Assembly (NCBI GenBank): GCA_030704615.1
Contig: CM060732.1
Coordinates: 10,850,001 to 10,914,000 of the forward strand
From: Takakia lepidozioides
Lineage: Eukaryota > Plantae > Bryophyta
Reading direction: 5' to 3'
DNA length: 64,000 bases
The position numbers and the translations under genes are program-made. Positions 22,140 to 34,069 of this stretch are shown here, piece after piece. The notes below the pieces were generated by a model. The model was not told where the DNA came from and ran no database searches. It was given only the letters and a program-made list of their open reading frames with translations. Each line of letters begins with the position of its first letter. Position 1 is the stretch's first letter.

Positions 22140-22850
22140 AGAGTCAGGCCCATGACTACGGTCATGTACACGACTACCTCCCATCCACAAAGCCTCCGCC
22201 ACATGCTACTTTTACCCCTTGTGTTTGCCCATACTCGTGCCACGTGCAGTATCCAGAGTGCGCCCTGGAAGTCGTATATTCCAGTCATAACGACCACCCC
22301 CATCCTGCATAATTTGACTCCGCGTGTGGACCTGGGATTAAACGTCCGAAGTCATACATGCCAGTCACGAAAGACCCTCCACTCCATATTGTCATGCCAC
22401 GTGTCATGTCCCATATTCTCCACGTGTTGTCCTGGGGTTAATCTACGGAAGTCATACATGCAAGTGGAAGACCCCCTCTCCTCACCCTGTCATGCCACGT
22501 GTCATGTCCAGTCTTCTCCACGTGTTGTCCTGGGGTTAATCTGCGGAAGTCATATATGCCAGTCGTGAAGACCCCGTCGCTGTCGCATTGTCATGACATG
22601 TGGCATACCTCCGTTCCACGTGAAGCTGACATGGATTAGCAGTCTTTTATTGCGGTCTTATCTATGAGTATGATTAGATGTCCCCGTTGTCACGTCAACA
22701 GTGAGCACCACGACTGGCAGATACGACTCAATGGCGCTTACGACTCATTTGTCACAACTGACTGGGTGTATAATCTGACTGGTCATGCAGTCATAAAAGG
22801 CTGATACGACTGGAAAATTGTAGACCTAAAAGCTAGGATTTGCTGTAGTG
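22140..22850. mobile_element. One end of a CACTA (En/Spm-like) DNA transposon with subterminal repeats
   Basis: Ends …TTTGCTGTAGTG (reverse complement CACTACAGCAAA); many short ACGACT/AGTCRTA repeats in both orientations; three ~95-bp tandem units at 22300-22600; other end not found. Confidence 0.55.
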
Positions 22851-23074
22851 GAAATCATGTTTGAAGGCAGATTTGAAGATCAGAATGCTCAAATCACTGC
22901 GTGGTCCCATGTTTAAGGTGTTGAACACTATCGATGGTTGCAGGGACCTATAAATCATTTGAGTCAAGAACGAAGAGCCGAATACTTGACAAGTATAATT
23001 CGCCAAATTTTGGATTTCTTTCAACTCTAAGCAAGCCCGCTCCTCGAGGAACTCGACGCTAGAAAAGGGGGTGA

Positions 23075-24130
23075 TGTCACGGACATAGCCCAAAGGAACT
23101 TACCAAGAGTAATTACCAGAAGTTACCAAGTTATCGGAAGGTAGCAAGTTACCGAGAGTTATCATGATTTACCATAATTTACCATGAGTTACCGAGTTAC
23201 AAGAGTTATCAAATTATGGAGAGTAACACAGTAAACTGCTCAGGAAGCTTCATTGGTTGAGGAAGCTTCTCAGGAGACTTCCTTTGGCTGAGGAAGCTTC
23301 TCAAGAGACTTCCCTTGGTTGGTGAAGCTTCTTAGGAAACTTCATAGTAGCAGAATCAGACTCGGGGGCCACGGATTCCGCCCAGGGGACCATTTTCACG
23401 CAGGTCGAGGGCCCAACAACGTCCGGGCCTTTACCCAGGATAGATGAGGTAGGAGTGGAGGTTGAGGTGCGAGGTACCCAATTGCCTCTACCTCTAGAAC
23501 TAGTACCAGAGCTCGAGCGTTTCTTACGAGAAAGAGCACCTCAAGAGGCCATGATCAGGGGAGGGCAAAATGAGACACACACCGAAGCTGGCCGCACAGC
23601 GATAGAAGACAAAAGAAGAGAAGGGAAGAGAAAGGGAATGAAGTGACCTTGAAAGGCTTCACGGGAGCAGCTAGCAGATAACAGGACCACGAAGGAAGCT
23701 ACCACTTTGAAGAGAGTTGGAGGCGATTACGACAGGCCAATTAAAGCATTATTGCGCAGGAGCCAGGGGAGGTAAATGAAGCTGGAATGAAACCGAGGCA
23801 GACAAGGCCAATCGCGGGGCCGAGGAGGGAGAAGAGTGGCGTGAAACAAGGTCTGACAAAACAGAAAACGGGGCAGAGCCAGCAGAGGAAGCAAGAGAAG
23901 AGGCAAATTATGACAGAACACCGGAGGGAGCGCAAGCATAAGGGCGGTGAGAATCTGAAGAAGAGAGCAGTAACTGCGCTTAGACGCAGGGCAACAAATC
24001 AATAAACGAGCTGAGCAGACCACCAGGAAGCAGAGATGGAAAAATCTGGAGGACAGATAAGACATTGAGGGCAGGCGCGCGAAACGAGTGCGCACAGGGG
24101 ATCATGGCATAGCCCACAGGGGGGATCACA
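23075..24130 (+). mobile_element. Probable 3' LTR of another LTR retrotransposon
   Basis: PPT-like AGAAAAGGGGGTGA then TGTCAC; internal short repeats (GTTACC, GGAAGCTTCTCA); AATAAA at ~24001; right end uncertain. Confidence 0.4.
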
Positions 24131-24269
24131 TAATACTAAAATGAGAACAGAAGGGGTTGCAGGGTTCACCTCCTGTGATTTCTTGTCATTAATTTCAGTA
24201 AAATGTTTCGCCTATTTTCAAAACAAAAGTACTTACATTGCACATTTTCGTCTTTGTGTGCATTATGCC

Positions 24270-24465
24270 ATGTATACTCTTATGGTCTTCGACATTTGGC
24301 TGAACGGCATCCCTGTTGCATACATAATATCTTCAAGAAACAATGCCATCGATTTGTCAAGTTGGATGTTGGCTCTTCGTCAAAGGCTCCAGGCCGATCA
24401 GCCGGATTGGTGTCCCAACGCATTCATTGTGGACGATGCCGATGCTGAGATTAACGCCATTTGGT
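24270..24465 (+). pseudogene. Mutator-like (MULE) transposase exon fragment
   Basis: YTLMVFDIWLNGIPVAYIISS…WCPNAFIVDDADAEINAI resembles the MULE DDE core. Confidence 0.7.
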
Positions 24466-25929
24466 TTATTCTCAATCCCTCCCCCCTACCAATGAACTTC
24501 CATTGCCTTGCCTGCTTCTGCATGAGGGGTTTCCTGCCGGGGAATCCGTGTAGAGGGGACCAAGAGTGTAGGGTTGCATGGGGGATCAGTGAAAGGGGAT
24601 CGATTATGGGATCAGTGATTAGGGGACAAAGGGGAGGGTAGCAGGGGATCAGGAGAAGCAGATCTCACATCCGACAATTATCGAGGGTCCAGGAGTCCAA
24701 GGTTGCATGGGGGGATCAGTGAAAGGGGATCAATTATGGGATCAGTGATCAGGGACTTCGGACACTCAGGGTACCAGGGGATCAGGACCAGCACATGTTT
24801 GATCCGACAATGTGAATTTTATCGGCCTTTCATTGGCCATAGGAGGGCTCATGTGATCCCCTTTCATTGCCTTCACCGGATCTGCATGAGGGGTTTCAGT
24901 CAAAGAGGATCAGGGGATCGGGGGTTCAGTGAAAGGGGATCAGGGGCTCACGAGCAGGGAGCACTTATCGGAGATTCATACTTGTATCTGATTTTGTGGT
25001 GGTCCTGTTGTGGTGTTGTAGTGTATATAACATATGGGACACCGTATATGTGGTTTTGAAAGCCATTCTGTCTCATAAACATTATACATTCGCTTCCAAC
25101 GTGAAGCCACCAGTTCAAAGTTCTCCATTTGAAAAGGAGGATAGCATTGCATTTGCAAGGCAGTGCACCATAAAACCGATGCTTTAGTATCATCGTCCCT
25201 TTCAGAGAGCAAATGACATTGTCTTGGACTAAAGCGAAAGTTTGTGGGCTCTGGGTCATTTTCCGACTCTGGGCTCTCCGCCATTGTTGGGCAAATTTCA
25301 GATTTTGCTTTGGGGTTTATTTTCAGTTTTTGTTGCATGCTTATGCACCACTCGTACATGCAAGGGACGTGACCTTTCATAGTACAAAACACGGACATGA
25401 CCTTTCACAACTTGCCCCTTCACACGCGATTTTTCATCAGTAATCCCCCGATCCCCCGATTCGAAACCTGTCGTCCCTCATCCCCTCACCCCGTGGTCCC
25501 CTCATCCCCTTATCCCCCGTGCAGCTCCCGACATTCCCTCCATGATCCCCTCATCTCCCGGCCTGTTCCCCTGGTTCCCTGATCCCCTCATTTGCCCGGC
25601 CACTCCCCTGGTTCCCTGATCTCTCCCGCCCGTTCCCCTGCTTCCCTGATCTCCGCTAACCCCTTATACAATCCTTGTTTTCCCTCATCCCCCGACTGCC
25701 CTGAACCTGAACCCCCTGATCCCGGGATCCCCCTGATCCCCCCTGATCCCGCCCTGAACCTGAGCTCCCTGATCCCCCCCCGCCCCCCCCGACCCCCCCT
25801 GATCCCTGGTTGTCTGATCCACCTCAAGGATCCCCTCACCCCTCACCCCTCCCCCTTCATCCCCTTCACAGCATAGTGGACGCCAAAGAAGGCACAAAGG
25901 GATTACAAAGAAGAGGACAAGCTTCATTT

Positions 25930-26800
25930 TTTTTTCGTGGGGAATGGAGATACAATAGCTACATCCTCAGCATCCGAGGCATGCACATGCGACAGTCTAC
26001 GCTGCAAATCTGCATCATCCCAATTATCCACTATCCATCCACAAAGAAAATCTTGCTTTGATACTGCGTACTCACATGTAAACCAATCTGCTGTAAAAGT
26101 TGCCCCCCATTTTTTGTGATTTGGTCTCCAAGTATTTCTGTATGAAAGTCATTACAAAGTAGCCACACTCCCAGCCGCTTGGTTGTTGTGGCACCTCAGG
26201 TTCCAGCCACTCCCATGCCATTATTTCATTCCAAAGTACTGAGTCCGGTTCGGCTTTGTGTAGGTATGCTCTAAAAGTGCGAAGACGCGTTTCAAAGGCA
26301 AGTCGGCTATGGGATTTGAATGATGTCATGGAGTTCAGATGAACAAACTTGGACTTATCAAAAACCATCAAACTCCAATGGCCCCTGTAGAACGCACATG
26401 TGTTTGATGCCAGACACCACTAATGCTTTCTATTCTCCAAATCAAATCAAAGTCGGTCAAAGCTGCAAAATAGGAGGATTGAGGAACGTACCCAGAGCAT
26501 AAGGGGATGAACCATGTCTGAACCTTATCTGGATCCTTCCCTAGGCACTTCTTAGTTACCCAATCATTTACAAGCCCTTTGGAAATCATGTGAAGGTCGT
26601 CCTTGGATGATGCCTCCAAAGCCGTCCATATTAGTGTGTCCATCACAGCCCACCAGCAATGATTACTCTCCTCCAGGGATAGCTGCAAAATATTGGCAAA
26701 CACCCCTCCATCCCCCGCTCCCCCATACAATTTTGACAACCGTAGATAATCCCATGAACCCAGAATGGACTCTTGTGGAGTGCCTTTGAAGAAAACAAGG
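25930..26800 (-). CDS. Ulp1-like (C48) cysteine protease exons, transposon-borne
   Basis: TWFIPLCSG / intron / HWSLMVFD…HLNSM … VPQQPSGWECGYFV: His, Asn (usually Asp), Gln and Cys of Ulp1-type proteases. Confidence 0.7.
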
Positions 26801-26886
26801 CAGCCCTTGTCCTCTGGGAGCTTTTCCCTCAGTCTATTCTGGTTTCTGCATTGAACACAAGTTCACAAAGTCAGACAGGCAGGCTA

Positions 26887-29800
26887 TTAACTGTTAAGGG
26901 TGTTTTCAAGCAACCATATCATCCCCCTATCATGAGTGTAAGCCCTGCTGAATGTACTCACCGTGAATTTGGTCCCCCCTTGGTCGTTGGAAGCCCTGGC
27001 CCACTTACTTAGTGACTTCTGGCCGACCAGATTTCGCCTTCCGTTTCTTCCCTGTTCTGGTGATAGCTTTACTTTCCCCCTCAGCTGCACGGTTCTCCTC
27101 CCTCCCCCGCATCGTCACCCGTATTTTTGGCGCATGCTTCGGCTCCCCCTCATCCTTCGGGGGTCTTTGAAGCCCTTGCCGATCCCCTCTCCGGTCTGCT
27201 CCCCCTTGCCCTTCATGTGTTCCTTCTCCTTCCCCTTATCCTTTGTTTCTTTCTGATCCACCTGCTCCATGCCCTACAGGTTCAATTGGCGTCTCGAAGT
27301 TTTTGCAGCAACCCTATGTCGTGTTCGACCTGCTACTTGGCCAGATGATGGTTTGCCTGAGGTCAAACCCATGTGCAGGGGGGTTGGAGCAGAAACCATA
27401 GGCTCACGCACCGTCAGACCCGTGGTGAATGTGGAGCTAGGGGTGACCCCCAATTCAATATTCCAAGGATCTGTAGAAGCGATGGGAGCAGTACCAGGGG
27501 GCTGGAATAAGCGCTCTGCTGTGGGGGAGACCAGACTATCTGCGAGTGCGGATAACAATGGGATGGCCTGTGCATGATATGGGGGTGCACCTGGCAAAAC
27601 TGACATGAGCGGAACAAACCCCTCCGTTGGCAATTCGGTGTTCCCTGCCAATGACTGGCATTCAGGAGTCACCAACGTTGAATAACCTCAACCTCTGTCG
27701 TCGGCAGAGGACTGGAAACAGCTGCAAATCTGTTGGACTTGGTAGTTGGATCCACCATTCTTGGCACATCCTTCCTCTCCACGTGGGAAGTGCACACAGA
27801 CTCGGGATGAGTTGAAAGAGGTGATTGGACAAGGGCAGAGAGTGAAGGACCACAGAGAGACACAGCAGCCTGCGACAGAGCATATACATGGAGGGGAGGA
27901 GGCATGACATCGGGAACAACGTTGGGGGATGACACCTCGGGTGATGGAGCACTGAGGGGGGGACCAGAGGGAGTCACAGTTGCATGCGAGAGAGCAGACA
28001 GATGTGGGGAAGAAGAGTGGAAGTCAGGGGCAGACAGGGGGGGACCAGGGTCACACACGGATGCATGCTTCGTAGAAGACAGATCTGGGGGAGCAGACAA
28101 AACATCGGGAGTAGAGGTGGGGGCTGCCAAGGCTAAAGGGAGATCAGAAAGGGAGGGAGCAGTGATACACTCTAAAGCAGTACGAGATGAGGGGGGATCA
28201 CAAAAAGAAAACTCATGCGAGGAGGGAGATGAATCCGATGGGATAACATACGGTGAGACGAGGGTAGCCACTACTGGGGGAGCAGATAATGGATGAAGTG
28301 CAGAGGCGGGGGGATCACATGGTTGGGGAGGAGTGGCAGAGAGGGCGGCAGACACAGGGGGGGGGGGCGGAGAGGAGGGTAGCACCTGGTGCGGGTTCAC
28401 AGATTTCAAGGGGACCAGCGGGGGACATCACATGATGGGGCAGCAGAGACAGAGAGGGTAGCAGAGAGGAGGGCCGCTCCTTGGGAGCGATCAGAGATAG
28501 GAAGGGGAGAAGAGGCGGGGGCAGCAGAGACAACGAGGGCAGCGGAATATTCCCTTGGGGAGTCTAAAAGAAGTATGTGAGGCAGAACAGTATGAGAGGG
28601 GATGGGATTGACATCAACTTCTGTAATGGGTGTGTAGAAACCTGCCGTCGGAGATTCCACTTGAAAAGTCTCTGTATGAGGTGCTTGAAGGTCTTCAACC
28701 TGTGAGGGTGTTGGCGACGCCATCTGCGATGCATGGTGGGACAACTGCGATGAATTGAAGGCGTCCACATCGATGTGGGAAAGGTGAGGGGCATATGGTG
28801 ACACTCGTCGGTCGTATAGTTCATATCTTCTCGCCAACAACACCTTGTTTGCTCGTAAGACCTCCTCCATGGCATTTTGAACTCCAACATCAGCTGCCTC
28901 AGCCTCACCTATCACAGAGACAAGCACTTGTGTCTTAGCTTTGACCCCCGTGATCCCGTGATCCCCCGATCCCCGACTGTAAAGTCTGCTCCCCCATTTA
29001 TCTATTCCAATTCAGATCTTCACAATGACAGACTGTTGGAGAGGCAAAGCATGCACTTACTCAAAAGATGCACGTAGCGTCCCAAATCAATGTGCTCCCG
29101 CCTAAACAATAGATCCTCCCAGGCCTTGGCTGCACGTCGTATCCCTTTGGTTGCCCTTGCACCACAAAACTTGGAAGTGGGCGGTTTTCGTTGCTGCAAA
29201 GAAATGAAATGCTCGGGCAGGCACCATGCGAAGAAATGCTCGGCATGAGTCGAAGATCTGCATTTTGTCTTGCATTGTACCATATCTAAGCTGACCCTCT
29301 GCCAGGAGCACTTCTTTCAACATAGTCTCCTGATTCTGAAAATTCCCAAACGTCCGCCAACCTCCATGCAAGAAGAGTCCAAATCCATGGTAGGGCAGTT
29401 TGTGAGCAGTCTGCAGTGCAAAAAGCATCATGATATGACTGGGGCAGATGCCGTGTCTTAAATCGGCCCAATGATACAAGTGTGAAACAGGGGGTCGAGG
29501 GTCCATGGTAGAGAAAACTTGGAGGGGAACAGGACCGGAGGCAGTCGGGCTGGACATTGACGTTTCAGCCAGGTGACAATGGCATTAGATTCCTCGACAG
29601 TTCTTAGGAGAGGGAATTCAGGAAGTAGACGTCGAACGTCCTCTCCTCCAGCAATAGTTCAACAATATCAAACTGGAGATCTATAGATGAGGGGGAGCAG
29701 AAGAGGAGGGAGCAGCAGAGGGGGGAGCAGACCTAAAAGAAGTCGAGGGAGCAGAAGAGGGGGGAACGGTGCAAGGGGTCATGACGTGGGGGACCTGATA

Positions 29801-31040
29801 TGGGGCGAGCAGACTTGTTTGCAGCAGAGGCGGGGGGGGGGGGGAGAGGGGTAGACGATGAAGGGGGAGCAGAGATAGGCATGATGGGGGGAACAACATT
29901 CACCGGACAGGAGGGTGTTATGATAGGAGTACTCATCTTTCCCACAAGGTAGCTCTCAAATCTTCCAACTCAGCCCAATGGATAGAGCACAGGGAACGCC
30001 GTCTTTGTAGGTGCTCCATGCCCGCACTGATTTCCGCACAGCCTCAATTTCTCCCACTGAAGCATTGATCTGCAGGCAAAAATGCAACACAGAATGAGCA
30101 TTTACAAACCGGGGGCAATCCTGGGAAACTATTGGGGGGATCAAATGGCCGGACACTCAAAAGGAGATTGGGGGGTGAAGCAAACCTGTTCTTGTAGAAG
30201 CCATCTTCTCTAGCGGCGTTCAGCCCTCTCCACTCACTTTGCAAACCCTCCACTCCATGCAAAATCCACAAATGCATCCCATAATCTTTCATCATTCTGG
30301 TTAGCAAAATTGGAAGGGAGAAGTCCATGTTGTAGGAGTATAAATGTTCCAGCAGGAGTGATCGGGTGCGGTGTGTCGTGGTCGATGTCCATGGCCCCAT
30401 CCCCTGTAAGAGGCCCTGAGCTCCCAGGCTACTCCCCCTCGTCCTGATGAGTAGTCTGCTCCCCCACATCTGCGTGCCTTCGCTGTTTTCCGGACTGGCC
30501 CCCCTGACTTTGAGACGGATCCCCCCCATTTCTGCTGCTGGCTACTCACGGCTGTAGGGATACTTTTTCTTTGGCTTTCTACTCCAAGTGATAGCGAGTT
30601 CAGGCCGCACTTTGGCTTGTCTCTCACAGGCGGAGGGTAAAGTAGTAACAATCTTAACCTTTTTTGCCCCCTTCTTTGGTTTGGTGCGCTCAAAATCGGT
30701 GTCGGACCCACTACGGCTACTCCTCTTGTGAGGGGAAGCCACTTGTGACGGTGCAGGCGCATCAAGCTTCTGTTTTCTCGCTCCTTTGGGCTGCTACTGC
30801 CGATCAGTAGGGGACGTGTCATCTCCTGGTACGCGCCGCGCTTCGGGGTAGAGGGGAGCTGACATGTGCGGAGAGTACTGGATATGACATGCATGGCGAT
30901 TCTGTGGTCAAGGAGGTGACACGTGGGCAGCGAAGACAGGGGGAGCGGCGGGGGGGGGGACCAGACAGTGGGGGAGCAAAAACTCGGGAGGAATTGGATG
31001 TTTGGGGGTTTGCAAGTGACGGATTCAGGGAGGGAGACAA
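26887..31040 (-). CDS. Upstream exons of the Ulp1-containing transposon gene; long Pro/Ser-rich low-complexity region, partly degenerate
   Basis: Chain of minus-strand ORFs (27274, 27669, 28406, 29102, 29733, 30044, 30542) with PPLSAP-type repeats. Confidence 0.4.
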
Positions 31041-31719
31041 CTCATGAGAGGAAGGGGACCAAAACTGCAGGGGCAGGGAACATGAGAAGAGACCGTTGTG
31101 TAGGACGAGTAAAACACCATGCTAGGTTGAAAAAGAAATCCCTATAAGTGCATGCATTATGAGCTGGCCGGTATACAACCATCTTGGACTCTCCAACCGC
31201 CATCAATCCTATTCAGCTGCTCGATACCCAACCATGTTCGATTTTGCAACATACACATGTTCACATTTGAATCTAGCAAGGTAAGTAGTATGAAAAAACA
31301 AACATGAAGTTGAGGCTGAAGTTTAATATGTGAAAGGTACTAAAGTTACAGATCCTCATCCCCCTGCACATGGGATTTGGGTCAGCCTACGCCAATCCTG
31401 TCAGCTTTCAACACAAACAACAACAAACAAGAAAGAGGCAAACAAGAAAGAACAACAAAAGAAGAATAAGAAGAAGAAGAAGAAGAAGAAGAGAAGAAAA
31501 CCCCTGTACGCATTGTATGCAAGACATGAGTCGCAAGAGAATCACAAACGCCGTAGAGCGCACACGATTGAGGCCCTGGCAGGTCATCCCAAGCCCATCG
31601 AAGTAAGAGCACGAACAAGCACGATAGCTGGAAACCCTCGCTCAATCCAGATGGAGAACCCTACCTCCACGACGAAGTGAACAGCACATGCAGGTCCACG
31701 TGGTGCGATACCCACCGTT

Positions 31720-32860
31720 GGAAATGGAAGGGATTGGGGGATCGGTCGAAGGGGGATCAAAGTAGGAGATCGGCGGCAAGACCGGGGAGGGGGGTGGACG
31801 ACCGGGGGAGTGCCACGCAGTGGACCATCGAGCAAAATCGGACGGCGGGGGGACGGGCCGTCGGCCGTCGTCCATCCACTGCGCGGAGGATGGCGGGGGA
31901 TGAGGGGCGGATGACCCAGAACATCCATTGTTTTGAGGTTGGATGAATGAGTAGGGGATTGACGGTTCGGGGAAGCAGCACGTGGCGGGCGATTAGGGGT
32001 GGGGGATCATTGCGGGTCCGGAGTGGGGATCAAGCAAGGTCGGGGGGAGCGGTGACGTGTCGGAGGATCGCGCTGTAGATGGGAAGAGGGGATCGGCGGC
32101 GGGGGGAGCGCCACGTGCCGTCCGATGGGTGGAGGGGGGATTAGTCACCGCATTGGACGGGGATCAACGGGGGGGGGGGGCACCGTGTCGGGGATCGGGC
32201 CGTCGATGGGAAGAGGGGATCGACAGCGGGGGGAGCGGGAGGATGGTGGGGGATGAGGGGCGGACGACACACAACATCCATTGTTTGTGAGGTCGGATGG
32301 ATGCGTAGGGGATCGACGGTCCGGGGGATCCGCACGTGGCGGGCGATTAGGGTTGGGGGATCACTCCCGGTCCGGAAGGGGGATCAAGGCGCGTCGGGGC
32401 AAGCAGCGACGTCTTGGGGAGCGCGCCGTGGATGAGAGGAGGGGATCGACGGCGGCGGGAGCGCCTCGTGGCGATGGGCGCGTCATGGGGCCTTCATCCG
32501 GCCGTCATCCATTCAATTGAGGTTGGATGGATGGGGAGGGGATCGACGGTTCGGGGTAGCACCACGTGGTTGGACATGGGGGTGGGGGATCACTCCGGCA
32601 CTGGAAGGGGGATCAACCCAGTGAGGGGATCCACGGGGGGGCCACCACGTGGTTGGAGATCGGGCGGTGCTGTGGGGCGCCGCGCGGTCAGCGGTGGGGG
32701 GGGTCAGGGTCCCAGGCGGCAGGCGTGGGGGGTTAGGGGGGCGCGGGGAGGAGCGGGCGGGCGGGGCGGGGCAACTGGCGGAGGGGGGTGGGGATGATTT
32801 GACATGGGGTGTCCTGCTCGCCGACGAGGCTGCCGGGGAACCGGAGTAGGGTTCCCCGGC
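31720..32860. repeat. G-rich GGGGATC-laden repeats, probably subterminal to the Mutator/Ulp1 element, ending in hairpin GCCGGGGAACC…GGTTCCCCGGC
   Basis: Three copies of catccatt…gaggt.ggatg…ggggat.gacggt.cgggg…cacgtgg at ~31922, ~32275 and ~32506. Confidence 0.55.
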
Positions 32861-33325
32861 TGTACCTCGGACGTACCCGTGAGTTCACACGCTTGCAATA
32901 AAATCAAGCCACATCCATATTGGGACCGGTTTGGAAGTCCGACTAAGTTGCGTCCTCTTCGTGAGCTTCCGTCTTCTCTGCCAGGCCCATCTATCGACTA
33001 CATTCCCTAGATAAGATTAAGTAGGGTAGAGGAAGGGGAACAAACCCATAGCGCCCGAATCAGACTTCACAAAGTCCCATACCCAAAATAAAAAACAAAA
33101 AAAAGAAAAGGAAGAAAAAAGGAAAAAGGAGCCCAAACTTCACCTAGTCACCCCAAGTAACGGTACCTACTGCAATGCCCACGTGTCTCCACACGTGTGT
33201 GGGACCCGGCGTTCAGACGGTTCAGATGTCAGTTCTTATTGTGGGCCGGCCCGCCGCTCAACCACACCTGCGTTCTGGCCCTCATCATGGCTCTTGCGCC
33301 CGCGATCGATGGTTTACGTACTAGA

Positions 33326-34069
33326 GAACTCGCCCCCTAGGGCGCATTATGGCTTCTAGTGAGTCACTAGGGCGAGGCCGGTAGGCCGAGACCTAGGGAC
33401 GAACTAGAGCCATAATGCGCCCTAGGGGGCGCGTTCCCTGGCGTAAAGGACTTTTGGGAGCAGATTCTGCGAGGCCCTGATTGGCTGCAGGCCATAATGA
33501 GGCAATTAAAGTCAACCTGCAGATTAGGAGAGTCAAACAGCCGATTAGGAATGCAGAAAGCGCCAGCGCCCTGGAGCTAATTTGCCTCAAAAACAGCAGA
33601 ATCTGCCCCTAAAATCCTTTACGGTGGCTATACGTCAGCTATACTTTGGACGTGGTTCCATACACGCTGGATACAAGCTGGATGTCGTATCCCTGCTGAG
33701 AGACTGATGACGTCCAAGATGAAAATGCCAGACACCTGTCCAGGGTTTCTCTGATTTGATTCTGTAAATAAAAAGAACCCTTAAAAACATAAAAATAAAA
33801 TGACGGTTTATTTTTTCCTTAGGAAAAAAAATAAAAAAGAGCAGCAGCTGGTAAGCTCAGTTGGATACGAGGGCTTTTTCCGGTGTGCGTGGGATGTGGC
33901 AGTCTCGTGTTATGGACTAGGTAGCATTCGAGAGGAGCCCCTGCTACCATATATAGCATGGAGCCAGGACCTACCGAGCCGCGTTAGTACCGAGCCAGGA
34001 CCTGCCGAGCGGCGAGGTGTCATGGCGACCTGCTATATCCAGTAGCAGGGGCTCCTCTCGAGCGCTACC
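33326..34069. mobile_element. Cluster of at least three MITE-like foldback elements
   Basis: Inverted pairs: 33326-33360/33403-33436; CGTAAAGGA…GCAGATTCTGC termini at 33442/33623; GGTAGC.TTCGAGAGGAGCCCCTGCTAC termini at 33920/34069. Confidence 0.65.

Noticed and set aside
31330-32900. Lys-rich and Gly/Arg-rich ORFs
   Set aside because: Products of a GAA microsatellite and G-rich repeats.
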